From the NCBI GenBank assembly GCA_000175855.1, contig ACYB01000035.1:300001-332000 (forward strand): a stretch of DNA of 32,000 nt. The letters run 5' to 3'. This document shows positions 18,370 to 27,978 of the stretch, in pieces. The notes beneath the pieces were generated by a model. That model had not been told where the DNA came from, made no database searches, and saw only the letters and a program-made list of their open reading frames with translations. Origin of the DNA: Raphidiopsis brookii D9. Its GTDB lineage: Bacteria > Cyanobacteriota > Cyanobacteriia > Cyanobacteriales > Nostocaceae. The first letter of the stretch is position 1, and every line of letters starts with the position of its first letter. Both the position numbers and the translations under genes were made by a program.

Positions 18370-20604
18370 ATGGATTGGAAATCTGCTTCATCTTACTATG
18401 AAACCAGTCTGAATAATGTTTTAAACATCCAACATTATGCGATTGAGTTAGCTAAACTTCCTTTAGCCCAAGTTCCTTCCAAACTAACAGAAATACTTAT
18501 CCAAGAAGCAATACCTGCTAGTCGTCAACTTGAAAGACTCAGAAAAAGAGAATTTCGTATTGCGGTGGTGGGTTTGGAAAAAGCTGGAAAGAGTACTTTT
18601 ATTAATGCTTGGCTAGAATGTGATTTGCTCCCTACTAAAGGTGCAAGATGTACCTTTACTACTACTCAAATCTATTCTGTTAAAAGTGAATCAGAACAAA
18701 GATTGGAAGTACAAACACGTACCCAAGAACAATTTGCTCATCTTTTAGCAGAATTAGCAAGTGTTGGTGCTAAAGAAGACCTAACAACTATTAAAGAAAA
18801 TGAACTGACTCTAGAAAAAGTGAGAAGGGAAGGTAATTTGACCATTCCCTTTTCTCGACTGGAAGATATTCGAGAACAACTGATAAAGTATGTGGCCAAT
18901 GAAAAATATGCCCATGCTGTTCTAGAAGCCAGACTTTATACAAACAAACTCGCTCAAGCAGAAGGAATTGTCTTTTATGATGTTCCTGGCTCGGACTCAG
19001 GGTTGGCTAAACATGTTGATGAAGCTCGAAAAATGCTCTCGGACTGTGATGCAGTAATCGTTATCCAGCGTTTTCGCAGTATTCGAGAAGCTGAATTAGA
19101 AATTATTAAATTTACAGAAGAGGGGGATAAAAATATCACTATTGCTGATAAACTCTTTGTCTTTTTAAGTCACATTGATTCTCTGGGTAGCCCACAAGCT
19201 GTTAAAACCCATGTTCAAGAAGCAGCTCAGGACTGGTTTAGACGTGCCAGTTTACCAAAAGAGCGTATTGCTTCTGGTTCAGCAGGAGCTTATTTAGTAT
19301 TAAATAATTTCGCGGAGGAACATACCCAGTTAGAAATCGGTCAAGCTAGTAATATTCGTGATAGGTTGAGCAATTTAACGGGAATTATAGACGATGAAAT
19401 TTTGAGAACTCAAGCAACGGGAATTCCTGACATTAAACAGAAAATTTTCAATTATATTAATACTGAGCGGGTTGCCATTCTCAAAAAGCGGTGTGAAAGT
19501 TCTATTAATAAAATTGTGGACACATCACAGAAAATTCACCACCTTGTCAGTCAAAAATTTCCTGAAAGTGCAGAAGAGGCGCAACGCTTAGAGGGGGAAA
19601 GAAAACGAATTACTTTTACCGAATGGTGGTATGGTAAATGGGAACAAGTTAAAGCTGATTTACAAAGGTTTTATGAATCATCGGTGATGAATAATCTCTA
19701 TGAAAACCTTGATACTACTTACGGTAGTGTTAAAAAGTTTAGAGAGCGTTATCTGGAGTTAGTAGAAATAGAAATGGAGGAATTAAGACAGGAAACTTTG
19801 AGAAAAAAGGAAATTATCTTTGATGCTAACTCTTTTCCTGACTTTGATAAGTTCAAAGCTAATTTTGCCTGGCGAGATGATTTATATGCAGATATTATAA
19901 TTGTTGTTGATAATTTAGCCCGACAATTGGCTCTAGAATTACAAGATGAAGCCTTGAAATTAGTTAACTATATGACTAGTTTATTGTGGGGAAGTTCACA
20001 AATTAAGGAAAGGCTAATTGGCAAATTAGAAAACGAATTTTTAATGCGGTTAGAAAATGGTTTAAGTGTCTTATTTTTGAGATTTGCTCGTCCAGTTGCT
20101 GAAGCTTTAATTCGCGGTCCGGTTAACAGTGACACTCGTACGCAAATTGTTAAATCACTTGGATCTGATATGGAATTAATTGATAATTACTATAAGGGGG
20201 AGGAACCCGCATTTAAGGTTTTAAAAAAATATGTCAAGTATGGACCCGATCTACTGTTTAACTCCAATCTTCGTGAACAAATACTAGGTGTTACAGGGAT
20301 AGCTAAGGAAGTTATTGGTATGGCCATACACAAAGAAATGAACTCTGAGGAATTAATTTCCCCCAGGGAGGTTGTGACTTTGGAAGTGATTAATGACATT
20401 AATGCTTTTCAGGAATACTTACGGAACGGTATTTTTGAAGCAGCGGGTTTTCAATCCTACTATACTCAAGAATTAAAAAGATTGGTGGATCTTTTTCGAG
20501 ACAAAGAAGGGACATGGACGGGAGTTGCTTTTAATGAGTGGTTAGAAGAAAATCCCCGACTTTTAGCGGAATTACCACCCAATTTGAAGTCACAGGAGTT
20601 TTAG
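18370..20604 (+). CDS. bacterial dynamin-like GTPase 2 (Dynamin_N-type G domain plus helical stalk)
   Basis: 744-aa ORF starting 12 nt after the previous stop. G1 GLEKAGKS (18571-18594) is followed by TFINAWLECDLLPT. G3 DVPG is at 18979-18990. The G4 position reads SHID (19168-19179) instead of N/TKxD. About 470 aa of helical sequence follow, with no hydrophobic segment. Confidence 0.8.
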   Translation: MDWKSASSYYETSLNNVLNIQHYAIELAKLPLAQVPSKLTEILIQEAIPASRQLERLRKREFRIAVVGLEKAGKSTFINAWLECDLLPTKGARCTFTTTQIYSVKSESEQRLEVQTRTQEQFAHLLAELASVGAKEDLTTIKENELTLEKVRREGNLTIPFSRLEDIREQLIKYVANEKYAHAVLEARLYTNKLAQAEGIVFYDVPGSDSGLAKHVDEARKMLSDCDAVIVIQRFRSIREAELEIIKFTEEGDKNITIADKLFVFLSHIDSLGSPQAVKTHVQEAAQDWFRRASLPKERIASGSAGAYLVLNNFAEEHTQLEIGQASNIRDRLSNLTGIIDDEILRTQATGIPDIKQKIFNYINTERVAILKKRCESSINKIVDTSQKIHHLVSQKFPESAEEAQRLEGERKRITFTEWWYGKWEQVKADLQRFYESSVMNNLYENLDTTYGSVKKFRERYLELVEIEMEELRQETLRKKEIIFDANSFPDFDKFKANFAWRDDLYADIIIVVDNLARQLALELQDEALKLVNYMTSLLWGSSQIKERLIGKLENEFLMRLENGLSVLFLRFARPVAEALIRGPVNSDTRTQIVKSLGSDMELIDNYYKGEEPAFKVLKKYVKYGPDLLFNSNLREQILGVTGIAKEVIGMAIHKEMNSEELISPREVVTLEVINDINAFQEYLRNGIFEAAGFQSYYTQELKRLVDLFRDKEGTWTGVAFNEWLEENPRLLAELPPNLKSQEF

Positions 20605-20816
20605 TTTGGAAGTCAGTGAACGTCTACGACAATTATCAATTGCTTTAAAGAGAACTGGGGATTAAATGGTCGATCGTTACCCCATACTTAAGTATGAACA
20701 GTGTGATTTAAAATATGCTATGCGATCTCCCGGGCGCGAGTCCAGTGCAAGTGCTTCACAAACGCACTTCCCTGAGTGTTTGCTTTACTAATGATCAGGT
20801 GATTGATCCCCCCAAT

Positions 20817-20831
20817 CCCCTTAAAAAGGGG
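20817..20831 (+). terminator. short stem-loop CCCCTT-AAA-AAGGGG with a T-rich tract about 10 nt downstream; possible operon terminator
   Basis: The inverted repeat is read directly from the sequence and TTTTT follows at about 20841-20845. It sits 213 nt after the dynamin-2 stop. The stem is weak and the function is inferred. Confidence 0.3.
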
Positions 20832-21140
20832 GCTAATACTTTTTATTTAGTTTATGATGAGTTAGAGCTGCTTGTACTGTAATTGATGGACTAAATCCTA
20901 GTGGAGAAAGAAAAAACCATAGTACAGAACCTACTAAATTTAACAGCCGTTAATGGGCGATCTCGCGTAGCGAGTACTTTGTAAACGCGCATATCCGTAG
21001 AAAAGATAGCATTATTATCTTACCCACATTAGACCCATTTTTTGGAGATGGAAGCTCAAACTTTAGGTGAGTTTTTACATATTACAGCAAGTATAGCTAT
21101 AACCATTAACGCTGTCGTAAGCGTTCTAGATAAATCCATA

Positions 21141-21678
21141 TTATAAACGGCTTTTTACTACTTTTGCTGGAACACCTAAAGCTACGGAATAGGGAGGAAT
21201 ATTTTTAGTTACAACTGCTCCCGCACCAATAACACTTCCCTTACCAATAGTAACCCCATCTAGTACGGTTACTCCGTGTCCCAACCAACAATCATCTTCA
21301 ATTACAATCCCCTGACAACTGACACCTTGCTTTTTGATGGGTAATGAACGTTCTGCAAAATTATGATTGTTAGCAAAAATACCACATTGGGCTGCTATCA
21401 TACATTCCCTAATAATTTACGGAGGTGAGTTAGGAATCAAGACCAGACATAACACTTTCAATGATGCTCTAGTTTTTATCAATTCTGACTGATCTCCACT
21501 AAATCACGAGATTATCGAGATTATATTTTTTATAAAACTTAGATAAAACTTAGGGTGGATTGTCACCTACTTCGGCCATAATGTTAAACTTGGCCATTGG
21601 TGCAAACAGGTAAGCACTTCCTCGACAGCTATGTCGTCTGTCTGGTAACAAATTTGTAGTGTATACTGCTTTAGTCAT
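21141..21678 (-). pseudogene. left-handed beta-helix (hexapeptide-repeat, WcaF/maltose O-acetyltransferase-like) acetyltransferase, decayed
   Basis: The 3' part (21141-21401) is clean: ...HNFAERSLPIKKQGVSCQGIVIEDDCWLGHGVTVLDGVTIGKGSVIGAGAVVTKNIPPYSVALGVPAKVVKSRL. A stop lies just upstream of its Met. A 42-codon ORF (21550-21678) begins where a ~180-aa gene of this family would start. The stretch between carries stops in all frames plus tandem duplications. The 5' extent is inference. Confidence 0.55.
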
Positions 21679-22247
21679 GCTGCACACAATCATCTATAGG
21701 CTAAAAGAACTGTTCCTGAACTAAATATTCTAAAAATGTAACCTACGCCCCATCATAACACATTTTTTTGGGTTGGACAGTTGCTTGGCAAAAATCCGTT
21801 AATCTACTTAAGATTGTATCTGTAATCTTTATTGCTTAATTTTTCATACTTTTGCATGGGCTTAAAATATAAAAAATATCATAAAAGTGATTGGTCAAAA
21901 ACGGCCTTTTTTAAAGGGTGGGAAATATGCAAGATAAGAAAAAATTGCTTGCAGCAGCGGTTATACTATAGCTAAAAATCTTAAGTAAGTGTATACATAC
22001 AACCCTAAGAGATTTTGTCGTGTTGTTGAGAGTTGACCAAATCTAAAACAATCCTTAAATTTAGTAAAATAATCAACAGTTAAGCATAGACGAAAAAACT
22101 ATTTTGGTGTAAATTAAGCCAATGTGCGAGAAAATAAATAGTTGGGTAAAGTGATCAGAGGTTCACAAACCACACTCTCAAGAAGCAATATTTAAGGTAA
22201 AACCAGTAAACAATTAACCATAGTTGAATTTAAATTCCTACCAGATT

Positions 22248-24812
22248 ATGCAACCAATACGCAAATTTAATGTTTCTCCCTCACTACCTCAACTGCTAGA
22301 ACCATTGAGAAAACTGGCATACAATCTCCATTTCGATTGGAATGTGGAGACTAAAGACCTGTTTCGTCGCTTAGACCCAGATCTGTGGGAATCTAGTCAT
22401 CATAATCCCGTTTTAATGCTAGGTACCATTAGTCAGGGGAGATTATTAGAAGTAGCCGAAGATGAAGGTTTTCTGGCGCAAATGGACCGTGCAGCTCGCC
22501 AATTGGAAGATTATTTACAGGAGCGCAGCTGGTATCAAAAACAACGTAATCAACCACTCAAGGAGTGCTACGCCTATTTTTCGGCGGAGTTTGGACTGGT
22601 GGATTGTTTACCTGTCTATTCGGGAGGTTTGGGTGTTTTGGCTGGGGATCACTTAAAATCTGCCAGTGATTTGGGATTACCCTTGGTTGGTGTGGGTCTG
22701 CTTTACCAACAAGGCTATTTTGCCCAATATCTCAATGCTGATGGTTGGCAACAGGAGCGTTACCCCATCAATGATTTTTATAATATGCCTTTGCATTTGG
22801 AACGTAATCCAGACGGTTCTGAGTTAAGAATCGCTGTGGAATATCCAGGACGCAAGGTATATGCTCGAGTGTGGCGAGTCCAGGTGGGAACAGTCCCTCT
22901 CTATATGTTGGACACGAATATTGAACCCAATAAAGCTTATGACCACGATATCACTGACCAGTTATATGGTGGTGATGTTGATATGCGTATTCATCAGGAA
23001 ATGATGCTGGGGATCGGTGGCGTGCAAATGTTGAAGGCACTGGGTTATAACGTTACCGCTTATCACATGAATGAGGGTCATGCTGCTTTCTCTGCTTTGG
23101 AAAGAATTCGTATCCTGATCCAGGAAGAAGGTCTAAGTTATGCCCAGGCTAAACAGGTGGTAGCCTCTAGTAATATTTTTACTACCCACACCCCCGTACC
23201 AGCAGGAATTGACTTGTTTGCACCTGATAAAATTTTACACTATCTGGGTTACTACGCTGATATTTTTGGTTTGCCTAAAGAGCAGTTTTTGGGACTGGGT
23301 AGAGAAAACACTGGTGATTTGTCAGGTCCCTTTAGTATGGCAGTTTTGGCCCTGAAAATGGCCACATTTTCTAATGGGGTGGCTCAGTTACATGGTGTGG
23401 TCTCCCGGCAAATGTTTCAGGGTTTGTGGCAAAAAGTACCTGTAGACGAAGTACCAATCACAGCTATTACTAATGGAGTTCATGCCCGCAGTTGTGTATC
23501 CAAGTCAACTCAGGAGTTATATGACCGCTACCTGGGACCTAATTGGTCATCAGCTCCCCCAGATAATCAAATCTGGGAACGGATGGATTCTATTCCTGAT
23601 GAAGAACTATGGCGCAACCACGAGCGATGTCGTCTGGATATGATTTTGTATGTGCGGGAACATTTGGTTAAACATTTACGAGATCGGGGAGCATCAGCTT
23701 CAGAAATTGCCCAGGCACAAGAAGTTCTCGACCCTAATGTTTTAACCATTGGTTTTGCTCGTCGCTTTGCTACCTATAAGCGTGCAACTTTATGGATGCG
23801 CGACATAGATAGAATAAAACACATACTATTAGCTAATAAGCACCGAAAAGTGCAGTTTGTGATTGCGGGTAAGGCACACCCCAAAGATATTCCAGGGAAG
23901 GAGCTGATTCAGGATATTAATCATTTTATCCGTGAGCAGCATCTGGAAAAGCAGGTGGTGTTTGTACCTAATTACGACATTCACATTGCCAGATTAATGG
24001 TAGCTGGATGTGATGTGTGGTTAAATACGCCTCGTCGTCCCCGGGAAGCATCCGGTACTAGTGGAATGAAAGCAGCTATGAACGGACTGCCCAATCTAAG
24101 CGTGTTAGATGGGTGGTGGGATGAAGCTGATTATGTTCGTACTGGTTGGGCAATAGGACATGGAGAAAATTATGAGGATCCTAATTATCAAGACCAAATA
24201 GAAGCTAATGCTCTTTATGAGTTGCTGGAAAAAGAGGTTGTCCCCCTATTTTATGACCACCGGGATGAAGATGGGTTGCCTAGACAATGGGTAGCAAAGA
24301 TGAAGGATGCAATCCGATTGAATTGTCCTTTGTTTAATACAGCACGCATGGTGAGAGAATACGCCCTTAGGGCTTACTTCCCAGCCAGCGATCGCCATCA
24401 TACCCTAACATCAAATCACTATACACCAGCCAAGGAGTTAGCTCACTGGAAATCGGTATTAAGCGAACATTGGTTCAATATTAGAATTAAGGACGTTGAT
24501 GTATCCACAGGGACAGAAATTGGGGTAAATCAAAAGGTGGGAGTAACGGCGAAAGTTGATTTAGCCACTTTAACTAACCAGGATGTGCGGGTAGAACTAT
24601 ATCAAGGAGCCATTGATGCTAATGGTGATATTGTCAATGCTGTACCCGTAGAGATGAGTTATAATGGGCAAGATGATAGTGGTTTAAGTATTTATACTGC
24701 CGATATTACCTATACCAGTTCTGGTTTACAGGGTTTGTCTTTGCGGGTTTTGCCCCATAACCAATACCTTTCTGGTCCATACGAAACTAGGTTAATCGCC
24801 TGGGCGGAGTGA
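22248..24812 (+). CDS. glgP: alpha-glucan (glycogen/maltodextrin) phosphorylase, GT35 alpha-glucan phosphorylase family
   Basis: The ORF is open from 22224 (TTG), but ATG 22248 gives the family-typical start MQPIRKFNVSPSLPQLLEPLRKLAYNL. Motifs: YFSAEFG, YSGGLGVLAGDHLKSASDLGLPLVGVGLLYQQGYF, and the PLP-lysine region REASGTSGMKAAMNG. Confidence 0.9.
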   Translation: MQPIRKFNVSPSLPQLLEPLRKLAYNLHFDWNVETKDLFRRLDPDLWESSHHNPVLMLGTISQGRLLEVAEDEGFLAQMDRAARQLEDYLQERSWYQKQRNQPLKECYAYFSAEFGLVDCLPVYSGGLGVLAGDHLKSASDLGLPLVGVGLLYQQGYFAQYLNADGWQQERYPINDFYNMPLHLERNPDGSELRIAVEYPGRKVYARVWRVQVGTVPLYMLDTNIEPNKAYDHDITDQLYGGDVDMRIHQEMMLGIGGVQMLKALGYNVTAYHMNEGHAAFSALERIRILIQEEGLSYAQAKQVVASSNIFTTHTPVPAGIDLFAPDKILHYLGYYADIFGLPKEQFLGLGRENTGDLSGPFSMAVLALKMATFSNGVAQLHGVVSRQMFQGLWQKVPVDEVPITAITNGVHARSCVSKSTQELYDRYLGPNWSSAPPDNQIWERMDSIPDEELWRNHERCRLDMILYVREHLVKHLRDRGASASEIAQAQEVLDPNVLTIGFARRFATYKRATLWMRDIDRIKHILLANKHRKVQFVIAGKAHPKDIPGKELIQDINHFIREQHLEKQVVFVPNYDIHIARLMVAGCDVWLNTPRRPREASGTSGMKAAMNGLPNLSVLDGWWDEADYVRTGWAIGHGENYEDPNYQDQIEANALYELLEKEVVPLFYDHRDEDGLPRQWVAKMKDAIRLNCPLFNTARMVREYALRAYFPASDRHHTLTSNHYTPAKELAHWKSVLSEHWFNIRIKDVDVSTGTEIGVNQKVGVTAKVDLATLTNQDVRVELYQGAIDANGDIVNAVPVEMSYNGQDDSGLSIYTADITYTSSGLQGLSLRVLPHNQYLSGPYETRLIAWAE

Positions 24813-24820
24813 GCCATTTA

Positions 24821-26272
24821 TTATTCAACCTTTTTTCCTTGAATCTTGGACAAAAGTTCTTCTTTAATCCGATTCAAAATAGAGGTCTCATCCAAATTGG
24901 ATAATATGCTGGTTACTACTGCTTTGGGACCTTCTGGACCCCAGGTGGCCCCATTAGCTAGGTAGGCTTTAGTTACTTGCCCAATTCCGTAAGATGATAC
25001 GCCTGCTACTCCTGCTTGAGTAATCGCTACGGATAGATAAGGGACTAAAGTTATTCCAGCTGTGGCAGTTGCGGACAAACCTAATATGGTTTTCAATCCA
25101 CTTAAACCTAGGTTTGCCAGCAACTCGCTTACTCCAATTCCACCCATGCTCAAGGCGATTTTTTGCAGCAGTTTTACAGCGCCACTCTGAGTCATTTCAA
25201 TGCCATAGAGCTTAGACAAACCTAAAATTATGGTTATGTCAATAGCTATGCTACTGACAATATCAACCACAGTAACGGGATTGAGCGCAATAGCTAAAGC
25301 TTTAATCATTACTGCTTTCCAAATCAACTGATTAGCACTTTCTTCTCTAATGACTAGCTTTCGCTTTACTATTTGTTCACTCACAGTACTAGCGTAGAGC
25401 ATGGAGTTTAAAGTTACTAATGCTTTCCCTTCTCGTTGCAAAATCTCCAGAATTTTCAGCTTTAATTCTTCTACTTGGGCCTTTCCTGCTTCTAACCTTA
25501 TAGTCCTAGCTCCATCAGCTTGAACTAGGGCGGTCTTAACTAGAGGTGAAGCAGCACACATGACTATTTCCTCAGGTGAAACTAATTCTTTAACCCTGTC
25601 ATCCCGAATTTTTTCATAAATTGCTAGGCGGTCATTTATAGGGTACTGGTCAATTTTATTGAAAACTAAAATAATCGGTTTACCTACTGTTCTTAACTGG
25701 GAAAGAGCTACCTGTTCGATCTTAGTCATATCGCCAGCAATAACAAATAAAATTAAATCGGCTTGTTTTGCTACCCTTTGTGCTAAAGCAGCACGAGTTT
25801 CTCCATCAACTTCATCTAATCCTGGTGTATCTACTAAAACTATTTGGGATTGATCTGGTGAGAGAAAAGTAGCTTTGAACGTACCCATAGCTTCTTGGGA
25901 GATAGTCCAGTTAACTTTTTGTTCCGCACGGGTAACCCCATGTAAAGGCCCAGTTTCAAATATTGGCTGACCGACCAAAGCATTTAGAAGAGAAGACTTG
26001 CCTCTTCCTACCATGCCAAAGGCTGCTATTTGTACCACCATGTCTTCTAATTTTCCCAACATGGTTTCCAAATCTGCTATTTCACTCTCTAGACCAGACA
26101 TTTCCTGGGAGGTTAGGTCAAGACGGGTTACTAAAGTTTTTAAAGCTGTTTTAGCTTGTCCATAGTTCAGTTCCGCTTGAATATTTCCAAAACTGAAAAT
26201 CGCCTCATCCAGTTCTGCGTCGGAAGAATTATTGTTTTCGGGTTGGGGTAATTTAGATGTGATATTTGTCAT
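24821..26272 (-). CDS. GTP-binding protein with a C-terminal hydrophobic membrane domain (DUF697/YcjF-like, as I recall the family)
   Basis: G1 [17 protein letters not shown]3 VDTPGLDE, G4 FNKID. The last ~170 aa are glycine- and hydrophobic-rich ([26 protein letters not shown]..., [19 protein letters not shown]...). Confidence 0.7.
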   Translation of the reverse strand: MTNITSKLPQPENNNSSDAELDEAIFSFGNIQAELNYGQAKTALKTLVTRLDLTSQEMSGLESEIADLETMLGKLEDMVVQIAAFGMVGRGKSSLLNALVGQPIFETGPLHGVTRAEQKVNWTISQEAMGTFKATFLSPDQSQIVLVDTPGLDEVDGETRAALAQRVAKQADLILFVIAGDMTKIEQVALSQLRTVGKPIILVFNKIDQYPINDRLAIYEKIRDDRVKELVSPEEIVMCAASPLVKTALVQADGARTIRLEAGKAQVEELKLKILEILQREGKALVTLNSMLYASTVSEQIVKRKLVIREESANQLIWKAVMIKALAIALNPVTVVDIVSSIAIDITIILGLSKLYGIEMTQSGAVKLLQKIALSMGGIGVSELLANLGLSGLKTILGLSATATAGITLVPYLSVAITQAGVAGVSSYGIGQVTKAYLANGATWGPEGPKAVVTSILSNLDETSILNRIKEELLSKIQGKKVE

Positions 26273-26359
26273 ATTATTTATTTTTGCTCCAAGGGGTCAC
26301 AAAAAGTAGTAGAGTTAGGAGTTGATCTGGTAGCGTTAGCATCTTATATAAAATCACCT

Positions 26360-27085
26360 GTGCGAAAAGTAGTTATTGCTGGTAACTGGAAAATGTTCAA
26401 AACCCAGGCGGAATCAGAGGAATTCCTGCGCGGATTTCTGCCTGAATTAGAGGAAACACCCTCTATAAGAGAGGTTGTATTGTGTCCTCCCTTTACAAAC
26501 TTAAATGTTATGTCCAAATACCTACATGGTAGTCGTGTGGGTTTGGGCGCGCAAAATGTCCACTGGGCAGAAAATGGAGCCTATACGGGTGAAATTGCCG
26601 CCCCCATGCTTTTGGAGATAGGTGTTCGCTATGTTATTATTGGGCATAGTGAAAGACGGCAATATTTTGGCGAAACCGATGAAACTGTTAACCTGCGCCT
26701 TAAAGCTGCCCAAAATTATGGGCTAACCCCAATTCTCTGTGTGGGTGAAACCAAACAACAACGAGATGCAGGGGAAACAGAAAAACTAATCTCTTATCAA
26801 TTAGAACATGACTTGGTAGATATAGACCAAACTAAACTGGTTATCGCATACGAGCCAATTTGGGCGATTGGTACGGGGGACACTTGTGAGTCCGCAGAAG
26901 CAAATCGGGTCATTGGATTAATTCGCTCTCAATTGACTAATGATAAGGTGCCAATTCAGTATGGTGGTTCTGTCAAACCCAATAATATTGATGAAATCAT
27001 GGCACAATCAGAAATAGATGGTGTTCTCGTTGGTGGCGCCAGTTTGGAACCGGACAGTTTTGCCAGAATTGTCAATTATCGATAG
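26360..27085 (+). CDS. tpiA: triose-phosphate isomerase
   Basis: GTG start. Motifs: [35 protein letters not shown]. Confidence 0.92.
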   Translation: MRKVVIAGNWKMFKTQAESEEFLRGFLPELEETPSIREVVLCPPFTNLNVMSKYLHGSRVGLGAQNVHWAENGAYTGEIAAPMLLEIGVRYVIIGHSERRQYFGETDETVNLRLKAAQNYGLTPILCVGETKQQRDAGETEKLISYQLEHDLVDIDQTKLVIAYEPIWAIGTGDTCESAEANRVIGLIRSQLTNDKVPIQYGGSVKPNNIDEIMAQSEIDGVLVGGASLEPDSFARIVNYR

Positions 27086-27113
27086 GTAAGGGGGGTTGGG
27101 GCCAGGGTCAATT

Positions 27114-27968
27114 ATGGCAAATCAAGCAAATAAATTAGTTATTCGACAAAGCTGTTTTAACTGGGGGACAAAAACCTATTTAATGGGGATTTTAAATGTC
27201 ACCCCCGACAGTTTTAGTGATGGTGGCGAATTCAACACAATTGCTAGTGCTCTAGCTCAAGCTCGCGCCATGATAGCTGCTGGAGCTGATATTATTGACA
27301 TTGGTGGACAATCAACTAGACCAGGGGCACAACAAGTCACCCTCACGGAAGAAATGGAACGTGTACTGTCAATAATAAAGGTAATTAGACCAGAAGTGAC
27401 TATACCCATTTCCATAGACACCACTAGAGCTAGTGTGGCTCAGGCTGCTGTCCAATTAGGTGCTGATATGGTTAATGATATTTCTGGTGGAACCTATGAT
27501 CCAGAAATGTTGTCAACCGTGGCCAGTTTAGATGTGCCCATTGTGTTGATGCACATCCGAGGAACTCCCCAAACTATGCAAGAGTATACTCAGTACCAAG
27601 ATATGATGGGTGAGATTTATGATTTTTTGTCAGAGCAAATAAATACTGCAATTACCTTGGGGATCAAACGAGAAAAAATAATTATTGATCCCGGTATTGG
27701 TTTTGCCAAAAATCATCAACAAAATTTACAAATCATTCGGGAATTGTCCAGGTTAAAAAGCCTTGAAGTTCCTATTCTGGTTGGTCCATCTCGGAAAAGC
27801 TTCATCGGTCAAATTTTGAACCAACCCAATGCAAAAGATCGTGTATGGGGAACGGCCGCAGCTTGTTGTGCAGCCATTTTTCATGGTGCTGATATCCTCA
27901 GGGTTCATGATGTTAGTGCCATACGAGACGTGTCCCTTGTTGCTGATGCTATCTACAAATGTAGCTAA
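27114..27968 (+). CDS. folP: dihydropteroate synthase
   Basis: The ORF is open from 27096; ATG 27114 (MANQANKL...) is the likelier start. Motifs: GILNVTPDSFSDGG, DIGGQSTRPG, VNDISGG, DPGIGFAK, GPSRKSFIG. Confidence 0.9.
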   Translation: MANQANKLVIRQSCFNWGTKTYLMGILNVTPDSFSDGGEFNTIASALAQARAMIAAGADIIDIGGQSTRPGAQQVTLTEEMERVLSIIKVIRPEVTIPISIDTTRASVAQAAVQLGADMVNDISGGTYDPEMLSTVASLDVPIVLMHIRGTPQTMQEYTQYQDMMGEIYDFLSEQINTAITLGIKREKIIIDPGIGFAKNHQQNLQIIRELSRLKSLEVPILVGPSRKSFIGQILNQPNAKDRVWGTAAACCAAIFHGADILRVHDVSAIRDVSLVADAIYKCS

Positions 27969-27978
27969 GTAGGATTTG

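Noticed and set aside
20599-20665. Possible 20-aa C-terminal extension of dynamin 2 (SLEVSERLRQLSIALKRTGD) if the T4 run at 20599-20602 is one base too long
   Set aside because: A 21-codon open stretch is not unusual by chance, and I see no conserved motif to anchor it. It is worth a look only if reads show T3.
21048-21146. 32-codon ORF MEAQTLGEFLHITASIAITINAVVSVLDKSIL with GGAG just upstream and a hydrophobic core (small membrane peptide or toxin?)
   Set aside because: It is too short, the GGAG abuts the ATG with no spacing, it overlaps the acetyltransferase 3' end, and there is no partner antitoxin or sRNA signature. I cannot support it from sequence alone.
21507-21553. Short tandem repeats considered as a CRISPR or minisatellite array
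   Set aside because: There are only two copies each of 9- and 11-bp units, with no spacers. These are slippage duplications, not a CRISPR array. No tRNA-like T-arm sequences were seen in any intergenic region either.
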